A program made the translations under genes and the position numbers. Positions 36,601 through 48,600 of a DNA stretch of 64,000 bases are shown here, piece after piece. The notes below the pieces were generated by a model. That model made no database searches, was not told the origin of the DNA, and saw only the letters and a program-made list of their open reading frames with translations. Origin of the DNA: Camelus ferus (Eukaryota). Position 1 is the first letter of the stretch; each line of letters begins with the position of its first letter. The stretch spans positions 61,878,001 to 61,942,000 of the forward strand of contig NC_045696.1 in assembly GCF_009834535.1 (NCBI RefSeq), in the 5' to 3' direction.

Positions 36601-39600
36601 GGACACAGGAGCTCATAGTCCTCCAACCTGAGCTCAGCAGCCCAGGGCTCAGCATTGTGGCCTGAGGGGATGGAGCAGAGGGAGAGGCAGGGAGGGAGGA
36701 AGGAATAGAGAGACGGTGCTCTCCTCCAGGACCCCCAAATCCTCAACTGGGCAGAGGTGGTGATATCTGGCCAGCTCCCCAACCCCTTTCCATTCTTCAA
36801 TTGCTCCGCTCTATTGCCAGGGTGAGAGAACCCAGCTGGGCTAACAATGTTATTCATAGGAAATAAGTATCCACTATGTAACAGTTTACAAGCACTGCAG
36901 GCAGGTATGATGGCTCCCATTTTACAGGTGGAGAAACTGAAGCTCTTAATCACTCCCAGGCAAAGAACTCCATTTGTGTGTTAATAGGTCTCAGGCCTGA
37001 GGGTGGGATGGGTTCCTGAAGGTGGTGGTTGACCTTCTCCCCTAATGGCTGAACTTCTCAAAGCAGAGGGAGTATAATATCACATGTTGATCTGTAAGAG
37101 GAAGTTTCAAAGGCCCCTCCTTGCAAAGATTCTTGTCATGTAGATCTAGGGGGGTCCCAGGAGTCTGCATTTTAAACTAGCAACCCAGTGATTCTGAAGC
37201 AGGTGGGTAGTTCAAAGGCTCCCTGGGAAACACACTGTTCTTGGTAATCACGTTATTTTTGTGCCTTCATTCATTCACTTAGTATCTGCTCTTCCTATTT
37301 CCAGAAGGAACTCCAGGTGGGCCTACTAGCAGACATAAAAAAAATTTGAGTGGCCCTAGGTGGTTGCCTGCAAGTGAACCTCTCAAAGGTGTCTCCAGCC
37401 CTGCCTCTTCCCCTGACCCTCATTCCAGGACCACAGAGGGCACAAGGCTGGGATCAGGCAGGGCTCATAGCTCCTGCAGGAGCACACAGCTCCTTACTCC
37501 TGGGGGAAGATCCCCAATGTTCTTGGTGGAAGGTTGGCAGGGGATAAAGGTTGTGGCAACAGGGCCTGGAACTCTGTTGGGGTAACTGTTCTACAGCCTC
37601 GGTGACCTTCGTAGGTAGGATGGGATCTGAGTTTTGAAATACTGATTGATGTGATGTTTTCTCCCTGCATGTCTTGCTTTCCCTCACCACCAATCTCCTC
37701 CTCCTCTTCCGGCCTTATTCCTTTCTGCCCTGAGTTTCTGGGAAGGGATGGGTTAAGACAGAGTGGAGAAGACTGAGCCGCCAGCGTTTGGGGTTTCAAA
37801 GCCTGGGGTGTAGCCAGGGTATATAGAAAATGCAAACAATAAGAAGGGAAACAGCTTCCAGTCTTTAAAACCGACAGATTCCCTGAGGAAGGAGAACAGG
37901 ACTGGGAGGGGAGGGATGCATGGTAAGGGGCTGCACTCCATAGGACCTCAAGAGGGGGTGTAGAGGTCCTGGAGCAGAGTTCCTCAGCTCTTCTTCCCAG
38001 GTGGAGCCCAGGAAAGTGACTCCAGATTAAAAATCGCCTGTATGATGTGAATGGGGGTGTGCTGTGCCTTATGCGGGCTTGGGGCTGCAGAGTGATTTCC
38101 CTGTTCGTGGCATTGACCTGCTCGGGTAAAAGATCAGATGCTGATGTGAACTGATGACCCTGTGGAAAGAGTCCCCTGCCACCCACACACCTTGGTGCCA
38201 CATAAATACCCTTGGAGGGGTCTCTTTAAATTGACTGAGTTTCTACTATTTTGTGGAATGGGGATTTGGATTCCAGACCAGTAAAGACCGTATGTGACCT
38301 GTGCACCTGAATATGTGGCCTGGGATCTGTTCTTAACATTTGGCCCTTGGGGCCCCCAGGATGCCCAAGGGGCAGAGCCTTCTAGGCTCAGCATCTCTCA
38401 GCTGCTGCTTGGCCCGCAATCCCAGCCACATCCAGTGCCTGGATTGTGTTGGAGTTGGGGAACAGCCCCGCCAGAATCTGGCCCTGCTCTGGCCCCAGCC
38501 CTGTCACATACCATTTGTGTTGTCGAAGACAGGTCGTGTGCTTGACAAAAGCGACGTCCCCTGCATTCTCAACCAGGCACCTGCCACACAAGAAGCCAAG
38601 GCAGGTGTTGGCAGAAGGGTCCCACCCCTGCACCCGGCCCCAGGCCCACCTGCCTGGCCCATCGAGTACCTGAAAGCACCACTGTAGCCGTAGTACCTCT
38701 CCTGGCTGTTGCCCACACACTTGTTGCGGCCCTGCTCATCCCCCACACAGAGAGCACACAGCGAGGATGGGTAGTTCTTGGGGTTGTTCACAGGCACACA
38801 GCTGGCGCTGAAGAACTCACTCACCGCTGGGGTGGAGGGGAAGGGCTGTGTTAAGGGGCTGGCAGCAGAAAGGGCAGCCAGGGAGGAGATGGGTGGGCTG
38901 CTCCCCTACGGATATGCCCACTGCCTGGCTCAATGGCTCAAGGCCACCCATCTGCTCCACTGCCCACCCAGCTCAGAGCGGCACGTCTCCTCCTGTGAGG
39001 ATCACAGGGATGGGGGGAATGCAGAGGTTGTCTAGATATAGGAACCCCACTGACAACCTCTGGTAAGTGTTCTCCCAGCCTTGCCTTGAACTCCCTCAGG
39101 GACAGGGAACTCACTACTTCATAATCTCTTCTGTTCCAGTCAGGGTAACTGCCCAGCTGTCTGGAAGTGAGAGCAGCCAACCCTAACACCTTACATGTGC
39201 TCGTGTAGGTGGTTAGAAAAAATGTGTTTTTTTCTTCCTGAGGTGCCAGCCAGGACAGCGGTGTGTGTGCAGCCTTCCTTTCACCATGAATGTGCATGAT
39301 TTAACACCCAGAGATGGCCCTGCTATGGCATATGGTGGGTGCTTGGTAAACGTGTCTTCTTCAGCACTTACACAGAGGGCTGGCCTCTTTCCAGCAAGGT
39401 CCCCTAGATATCCAGGGGGACAGCCCATGTCTGGACAGTGATACTGCCAGGCCCAGAGCCAATGCACTTGCCTTTCTCCCTGTGCCCACTGGAACTATTC
39501 CACTCTCAGTGAGTGGGCAGGGACACTGGCAGCCTCCACAGAACTAGACACCCATGACTGTCACGATTGTGGCCAAGAATATTCCCTAACCTTCCCAAGC

Positions 39601-42600
39601 GTAAGGGACATGTGAAGGAGGAAGAGGAAACCTCTCTGGGGCTGCCTTCTGTCGGGTCCTGCTGGGAGAGGACCCCGACCCTCAGAGCTGGCCCTGACCC
39701 CAGCCAACCCCAAAGAAGTTTGCACATCTGTGTGTCTGTGGAGGGTGTACCTGTGAGGACATCACAGTGCCTGGGCCGGATGAAGCCTTTCTGCACGAGG
39801 GCGCCCACGGGGATGTCCCAGCCAGTGGGGTTGCCGAAGGCCGGGTGGCAGGAGCGCTTGCCCCGCAGCTCGTCCAGCGTGAAGGCGTAGGAGCTGTTCC
39901 GCTTCACCACGGCCACCACGAAGTACGAGTTGCTCCTGTCTTCCGCTGGGGGAGGGGACACCAGTGAAGCCCCTCATCTGTGCTCGCCTGGCCTTGGTAG
40001 GGCAAGAGCCAGGGCCAGATCCTGACAGAGCCCTTCTTCCCTCAAATCTTCTCTCCTGTTGCTGGTCAGTGCTGTGGTCCTGGTCCCGACAGTGTCGGCC
40101 CTGGTTGCCGGGGCTCAGGAGCGCCCGGGTCCGAGGGCCGGGTAGGTGTTTAGCAGGCACATCCAGCAGCAGGACCCCTACATGTCCCCACATTGCGGAT
40201 AAGCAGCCTGTGGGGCTCCACTTTTCAGCATTCTGTGTCTCAACACCACCCTCCAACAGTCCTCACACAGAGGGATTTCGTCCCTTACAATCAGGTGGTA
40301 TTTTTCTCACCTCCTGGGAAAACAGTGGAGGCACAGCTGAGGCTGCAGAAGCACTTTCCCTAAGTGGAGAGAGTTTTCACATCCAAGTGGAGGGAACCTG
40401 AGGTCACCACTCAAGAGGACAGAGCACCAAGCCACTGGCCCAAGCTGCTGGGAAGGTGTACATGAGCTGACAGGAAGGAGGGTACCAGGGACACCTTCCA
40501 TGAGCCACACGGGTGGGATGGAGGAGGCAGAGGAGGCTCCCTAATCCAGGGCTCAGCTAACAACTTTAGCCTGTTTTTGTACAGCCTGGGTTGCAAGCTA
40601 AAAATAATTTTTATATTTTCAAAGTGTTGCTAAGAAAAAAAGAAGAAAGAACAACATGCAGCAGAGTCTGTATGTGGCCTGAAAAGCCTGAAGTGTTTAC
40701 TCTCTGACCCTTTGCAGAAAGTTTACCAAACTTTCCGGTGACTGGGTATGCACATTGTGCGTGGAGGGGTTTGCCTGTGACAGACACCAAGGGAGAGAGA
40801 CTCTGAGGGAGAAGTTTTTATAAATATAAAAATATCAACCACCTCCCAGCGATACAGGCGGCGGGCACCTGCACTTACGGGCATAGTGCTCCCCGGCTGC
40901 CGGAATCAGGCCGTACGTCTTCCCCGCTGTGTAGATGTCCTCGCCCCTCAGGGTCACAGCGTCAATTTGGCCAGCCTGCAGGGGGACAGAAAGAGCAGTT
41001 GGGCTAGAGAGGGCCCCAGGCAGGGTCTCTCAGGGGACTTTGGCCTCAGGCTCCCTTCCAGTGGGAACCCCATCCTACCCCATCCTGCTCCTTTCTCTCC
41101 TTGTGAAGATGTGTGGGCAAGAGAGGTGCTTGGAGGAACACAGACTTGAAACAAACCACCATCAGCACTCCCATTCATGGGTGTCTTTCAATCTTTCAAC
41201 AAATGTTTTCTGAAGGTCTCCTGTTGCCAGGCCCTGTTCTGAGCAGAACCCAGAATGGGGCCTGCTCTAGTTCTCGGTGTGGGTCTCCCCATGGACTGCC
41301 AGCCTCAGAGGTCTGGGGCACTGTACTGCACCCCTACACCTGGCCAAGGGCTGGCACACATCATGGATACAATACACATTTCTCAAATGTGTGTGTGGAT
41401 GGATGAAGAGCCGGGTCTGAGAAGGTGGCAGTCTCCGGGTCTGTGGGAGGAGGTTCCAGGGCTGATGGACGAAGTCTTGCCTCAGGAGGCAGCAGGAGAT
41501 GCCCAGAATCCTCTTCCTTCAGACCCTCTAGAGCCTTCCAGGTCACCTGTACCCCACCCCTACTTGTCCATTCTGAAGCCTCTGGACAGGTAGCCCCATG
41601 GACCCTGTAAAAGGGTTAACTGATAATCTAGCCGTAGTAGTATGACAAACCCCAAGGGAAGGAGGTAGGGCCCGGGGAGAGAGGAGACACTTGTACCCCA
41701 GGAAAGTGCCCCACACGATTCAGGGCCAGAGGCATGAAGTTCTGATGATAGAATACTAGGCAGTGGCCCTGATGTTTTGAGCCTGGAGGTTATGTCTCTG
41801 GAGGCCTTCCCTCCTACCCACTGTGATGTCAGGGAAGAACTCACACTTTGGACCCACAACCCAGGGGCTGGGCCAGATGATCCTCTGTTGCCTGGGTCAC
41901 CGTGGCCAGGCACGAAACACGTTAGAGCTACACTGGACACCATCTCCAAGAGCCTTAGGAGTTAGAACTGAGGATCTCTGAGCCTTTTGCTGGGGTTCTC
42001 AGGAAACCTTGAAATCCACTTGTCTCCCCACAGGCCCTTGGCCAGCCCCTTGGCCCTCTGTGATGTGAGCTCAGATGGAGAGAAGGATCTTGCCTGGAGA
42101 GAGCTGAAACTTCACTCCCTGCATCTCTCCCTGCTCTGAGGCTCCTGGAACCAACCACTCCTTCACAGGACAGCCTGCCCAGCATCAGGAAATGAAGAGT
42201 TCCCACCCCTAAGTCTCCTTGATTCCAGCTGAACTCCTCCGCCCGCAGCACCATGAGGTTGAGACAGGCTCCCTGCCCCTTGAGCTGGGTGACCTTGGGC
42301 AAGTTATTCTTCATCCTCTCCTGGCCCCAGTTTCCACATCTGATAGTAATCATTCCCACCCCATAATGCTATTGGGTGGATTAACTAAGGTAACCCACGT
42401 GAAGGCTTAGCACAGTGTGAGGTACACAGGAAGTGTGTGCTTATGAGATCACGATCCTGGCCCCCTGTTATTCCTGTCCACTCACCTCAAGTTAGGGTGT
42501 TGCCTAGCTGGGGCAGCGTGGACATGTCTGAGGGGCTCTGGCTTGGTCTACACTAGGGGACTACCCTGAAAAAAGCTCCTCACCATCAGGCCCCAGCTAG

Positions 42601-45600
42601 TTGCTCTTAAAAAAACAGGAGGGACACCTGTGACCACAGAAGGATGTCATCCTTGACTGCAGGGCCTTGGAGCTGGCTCCGAGTCCTGGCCTCAGTCTCT
42701 AGTTGGAGAAGCAAAACAGAACAGAGCTGAATGGGCCTCAGAGCCCAGGGCCAGTGCTTTTAATTACAGGTGGCAGGCATATTAATGGATGCTTAATCAA
42801 TTTAATGGTCCATGACAAGATTAAAAAAAAAAAAAGACTAGGAGAGAATACAACAGAAATTATCAGCACACATTGTACTTAGTAAGGGTAAGTATTGTTT
42901 TGTTTTGTATCTCTACGTAAGTGATATATATTTTTACATATTTATATCTGAAAGAAAAGTTTTTGTGTACTAGGCTGTGATTGATGTAAAATGTATTTTT
43001 GACTGGGTTGCAGTTTAATAAATGATGATCCGAGCCCACTCTCTATTGTGTACAGAGAAACTGAGACTGAGAAAGGGGAAGGGGCTTGCCCAAGGCCACA
43101 GGGTCATCAGTGCCAAGCTGTGTCAGTCTCACACTCCTTCTTCTTGGGGCCCACCTGCTCAGTGGGGAGGAGTCCCTGAGCTCCCTCAGGGGAAACAGAC
43201 CCCCTCTGCCCTGCCCACAGGCAGGGTAGCTCCTTCCTGCAGCAACTTCCTCCTTCCCTTTCTCTATGGGAATTGTCACAGGAGACCTTCTCCTCCTCTG
43301 TATCCTCCAGACCAGGTGGGACAGAGGGAGGGTCAGTAAGGACTATCGCAGGCATTGCCCCACCTGCCCACCTGGCCCACTATGCCCCTCTGGAGTTGGC
43401 TCCCACCTGGATCTCCTCTATGCAGTGCTGGGGGGACTCAGCTGACACACACTGGATCTCCGGCTTGAGCCTCTGCCGGCTGAAGGCCACAGCCATGTCT
43501 CCACACTTCTGGATCTCGGGCGTGGACAGCACACACCAGCGCAGGTAGTGGGGCAGCCCTGTGTGGGTGTGAGCACGTGGTCACCTCCACATTGGCCTGC
43601 TTCAGGGGCTGTCCCTCAGCAGGAAGAGCTCAGAGTCAGACCCAAGGAAATTCTGGCCCATTCCCTGGTTATTTCACCGTCTGACCTTGTTTCCTTACAC
43701 AGGAAGGGGACAAGCGACCTCTTTCATGGGGCTGTGAGGAAAATCATGGCGGTCATGTATCTAACTTAGATGTGGCACACCATTTTCCTGACTGTAGGCG
43801 GAGGAATACGGAGGTTAGGGCTGGAGGCAGGCAGCCATTTGTAGACTCCTGTAAGGGTCCAGGGCAGAGAATGCCGGAGGCAAGGCCCTAGCCAAGCGGT
43901 GGGGAGGAGGAGCGAGGCATGGTGAGAAGAAGGAGGTGTGATGGGAGGAGCGAGGCCTTTTGGGAGGAGTGAGGCACAGTGATGGAGGATTACAGGGCTT
44001 GACAACTTCTGTGTGGAGGGGCGAGGAGACCCTTCCCAAGACAGACCTGGAGGGCCTGGATTTCACCCCCTGGAGCAGATGGGGCTTCCAGGGTACAGCA
44101 GGCTATGCAACTCCAGAGATGCTTACTCCCCAACCCCTAGAGGCAGGGAGGCGGGATCGACAGGTTCTCAGGGAGGCCAAGAGGCACACACACCTCCTGC
44201 GGTGAGTGTCCTTCTCTGGCCACCTCTCCAGAAAGGCTGGCCATGGCTACGGTCAGGCTGGGGCCAGTGGGAGAAGAGACAGGTGGACTTACGGTTGGGG
44301 TCACAGAGGAGACCCTTCATGGCATGCAGGTACTCGCGGCCCAGCCATGCCTCGTAGGTCTGCGTGGCAATGGGCACTAGCTCGGAGGTGGCGTCTTTGA
44401 ACAGCAGGTTCTTCTGGCCATAGGCTTCAGAGCTGAACATTTGGAAGCTGCTGCCCTCATGGCTGAACAGAAGCTGTGTGTCAAGGGGTAGGGATGAGGG
44501 CTGGTAAGATGCTGCCCAGAGGCATCCTTTCCTCCCAGTTCAGCCACCACTTCCTTCTTCTTGCGCCCTCAGGCTGTCACCCACTCTGAGGACCAAGTGA
44601 GGCTCCACCTCCCTCCTGGGTCCCCTGTGCTTCACCAGTGCATTCTGCTTTGTCACACTTAGCTGACTGAACACATGGCTCATGGCCCAGGTGTGTGATG
44701 GTACTGAGCACAAGCAACAGGGCTGAGCATTGGTGGTTCAGATGCGCAAAAGTAAAGCTGATGTGGCTCACAGTCAGAAACTTGCTGCTCTTGTAAGCAG
44801 TGGCTTCAGGAAAACATTATTTACCACATTTAATGGTGTACTTTGGCATTTATTGGTTTTGCCATTTTGTTTATTTGCTCATATGTTCTGGTTTTGGTTT
44901 TAAGAGCCACAAGTACCAGGAGCTTTCTCTGAGGGGTGCGTGGGTCCCCTGGTCTCCCCGCTCTGGCCAGTCCTCCTCACTGCCAGCCGGCATAGTGGGT
45001 CTCTGCTTCACACTCTTGGCCTGAGGTTGAACACCCCAGTGGCCTGGATACCCAGGGGAGGGTCTCTGGGTCCTGCCCCTCCTGGTCTGGCTGGCTAAGC
45101 CCCAGGAGGCTCTGGCTCTGAGCTTCCATACTGGTGAATGACAAGAAGGTCCAGCAACACCCCAAGAAGCTGTGTGGGGTGCCCTGAACTCACCTGGCCT
45201 TCGTTGAGCAGCCGGAAGATGAGGCCCCCATCTGTGTCGGCCCGGACCACCACGGCATGAGCAGGCACACGAGCCAGGTGGCATCGCCTCCATTCAGTGA
45301 CATCAGCCCGGCTGCCATCCCGGCACAGCAGCTCGAAGTCTTTTGACAGCAGTGCCTGGCCCCAGGAGGCAAGGGTTTTCCCTGGGAAGATGGGAATCCT
45401 GTGATGAGCCAACGCTTGTCCTGGGAGGGGTTTGGGGAGGGTGTCAGGGAGGGCCCTTGAGAGGGAGCCTGGGGAGAGCCTGAGGTGTTATGGGCATCAG
45501 ACCCACAGTGAAAAGAAACTCTTATGGGAGGTGAGAATCAGAACCACATCAGGAGGTGAGAATCAGAACTACACCAGGAAGTAAGAGCCCAGAACCACAC

Positions 45601-48600
45601 CAGCAGACAAGAACCAGAACCACACTGGTGGTTGCACCCTACAGTGTCTCTGTAGGTTGTGTCTGTTTACTTACGTTTTCTATTTCTCACCAATTTCTAC
45701 TAATAAAATGGATTTGAGATATCTAACAATAATATAACATATAAACATAACTGCTCGTTAAAGATAAAAAAAGGAAGAAAGAGACGCTTAGGATGAGAGA
45801 GAGGAATGTATCAGGAGTTCACCCCTGCCATCTGGCACTAAATTTAGCTCTGAGCAGAGGGCAAGGAACAGGGAGCCATGTTGAAAACAAACCCTGACAG
45901 AATCGACCAGAACGGTGGCACAGAGAGAAGAGAGTAAATCTCCAAAGCTTCACCCACAACTCCAGCTATTAATGTTTTGGTATATTTCCTCCGTGCCCTT
46001 TTTTTTCTTTTTTTAATTTATTATTAAAAAAAGTTTTTTTTAATAGAGGTTCTGGGGATTGAACCCAGGACCTCATGCATGTGCTCTACCACTGAGCTAT
46101 ATCCCCCTCCTCCTCCATGTCCTTTTTTCTATTCTATTTTCTAACCATTTTTAATATTGTTAAGGACGTACATGATAGGCAATTTTGCTTTTTCTTCACT
46201 GATTTAAAAATATTTTCCCACATTACTGGAAATTTTCTATAAAACTCATTTATGATAAAAAAAATAAGATTTATTTGAAAGAGTGAATACTGACACCAAA
46301 TAGGAATACTAAGGAGACTAATTTTAAGGATTGTAACTCATGCAATAAAATATACCACAGATGGTCCTACATAACAATATTTTAATGACTTTTAAATTTT
46401 AAAATGAGGAGGATAAACCTCTGCTAGAAAATAGGAGGGGAAAAGATCATTTGTGGGATCATGAACATTCTATTCGTTCCGAAGCTATTTAAAAACAAAA
46501 CCCAAAAACCAAGAGAGTAATAGTTTGGAAAACTCCATAAAGGTCATTTTTAATGACTGCATGATAATTTATAGCATTCTCAACAATTACTCAGTGTCAT
46601 TCTCTCCCCACTCCCCAACTTTCCTCTATTTTTAAACTGCTGTAAAGCCTTTGTATAGAACTCTGGGGGATCATTTGGCCTTCCCCTGAGACAAATGCAT
46701 CATTAGGTTTCAATCTGCCACTCCTGTTTTCCATCACTAGGGACAATTAAAGCCATATTACATCACTACTTTTGCACATTTATGTCAATTCCATACTTTA
46801 GCTCTTACCAATCTTTTTGTAGGAAGATACTCTTTAAAAAATTACTTCATTAGATTTTTTTCAATTATCCATCAAAATTTTAAGAGCTGATTTTAACCCA
46901 ATACATCCCTAATTGTTTCTCCACCTTCCAAATTCTGATTTGCTTGACTCATCTTGGGGCCCAAGTCTTGGCCATCTATTTTTATAAGATTGTCCTGCTC
47001 TGGAGACAATCCTATGTCCTCCTTTTTCAGATCAGTTGTTTTCTCAAATCTAGTGCATGTTGTTTGCCTTCATGAATGCCAGGTTACATGGTGGACCTTC
47101 TGATTTAAAGGGAAAGACTGACAACAACAAAAAGAGATAATGATTTAAAAAAAAATGATCAGACATTATAGAACAGGCAAAACTGGAGAGACAGAAGTCT
47201 GACTGTGGTCACCAGAGAGGGGGTCAGAAAGGACTGACCAGAATGGGGCATGAAGAAACTTTTGGGGTGAAAGGTCTGTTATGGTTACTGTCTCAATTGT
47301 GGTGGTGGTTATACAACTGCATGCTTTTGGCAAAACTCATAGAACAGCAGTTCGAAAGGAGTGCATTTTGCCGTATAAAAATTATACTTCAAAAAAAAAA
47401 AAAAGGATTCTTTGGCAAATCCTAATTAGTCTGTAAAATAACTGGCCTGACTCTTCAAAAATGTCAGTGTCAACACAAAGAAGATTGAGAGACTGTTCAA
47501 AGTTACAGGAAACTAAAGAGACAACAACTCGGATGAGGAAGAGGAATGTATCAGGAGTTCACCACTGCCATCTGGCACTAAATTTAGCTCTGAGCAGAGG
47601 ACAGGGGTCAGGGGGCCATGGTGAAAACAAACCCTGACAGAATCAGCCAGAATGAAAGAAGAGAGTAAATCCCCAAAGCTTCACCCACAACTCCAGCCAT
47701 TAGTATTTTGGTATATTTCCTCCATGTCCTTTTTTCTATTCTATTTTCTAACCATTTTTGCTACTCCCAGGCAAAAATGTGTGTTGATAGATAAGGTCTG
47801 GCCTGATAAAACTGCTACAAAGGACAGCACTGGGGAAATTAGTGAATCTGGAATATGGACTGTGGGTTAGATATTGTCGATGTTACATTTGATGAATTAG
47901 GAAACTGTATTGTGGTGAAGTCCACATCACTTTGTTATTAGGAGACACACACTAAAGTCTTTTAAAGGGTGTGACGTGGGCAAACATATTCTCAAATTGT
48001 TAGGAAAGACACACACGTAGAAAGAATGATCAATTCCACGTGGCAAACGCTAAAAGCTGGAATTGGGGTAACGAATAAATGGGAGTTCTTTGAATTATTC
48101 TTGCAACTTTTCTGAAGTTCATTATTTCAAAATCTACAAATTTATAAATGACAACAATATAATGGATCAGTCCCTAACACCAACCCATCTTTAGTAAGTC
48201 CTCGTCCAGGGATAAGGGGTGGCTTCTTCAGGAACAGGAGCAAATGCAGAGCGGAAGACAGATGAGAGCTAGTGCAGAGGTTTGCAAACTTTTTTTAAAA
48301 AGCAGAACCCAGTCTTCACATGGAAAATGGAACCCAGTGCCAGATACATATCAGAGCAGGGGCAGGGCCGCTCACACCGCAGAGCCGCTGAGCTCCACCA
48401 CCTCTTTCTTTCCTTCAGAGAACATTACCCGGCCTGAGACCTGGGGCCAGCCCCACCACTCACCGTCTGTGTTCTCCAGCACCGTGCTGTGCTTCACAAA
48501 GGCCACGTCCCCGGCCCCTTCCGCCAGGCACCTGCGCAGGAGGAACCAGTGAGCCTGGAGGTCTGGCCTGGACCCCGGGGCGTTACAAGGGGCACAGGGT

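Noticed and set aside
37494..38201. 235-aa minus-strand ORF in intron 13
   Set aside because: No homology recognised, non-ATG start and no supporting splice structure.
45527..45627. CRISPR-like array
   Set aside because: The units are head-to-tail with no unique spacers, in a mammalian intron, so this is a minisatellite.
46047..46110. tRNA gene
   Set aside because: The anticodon arm is incomplete, and the A-rich tail and target-site duplication identify it as a SINE.
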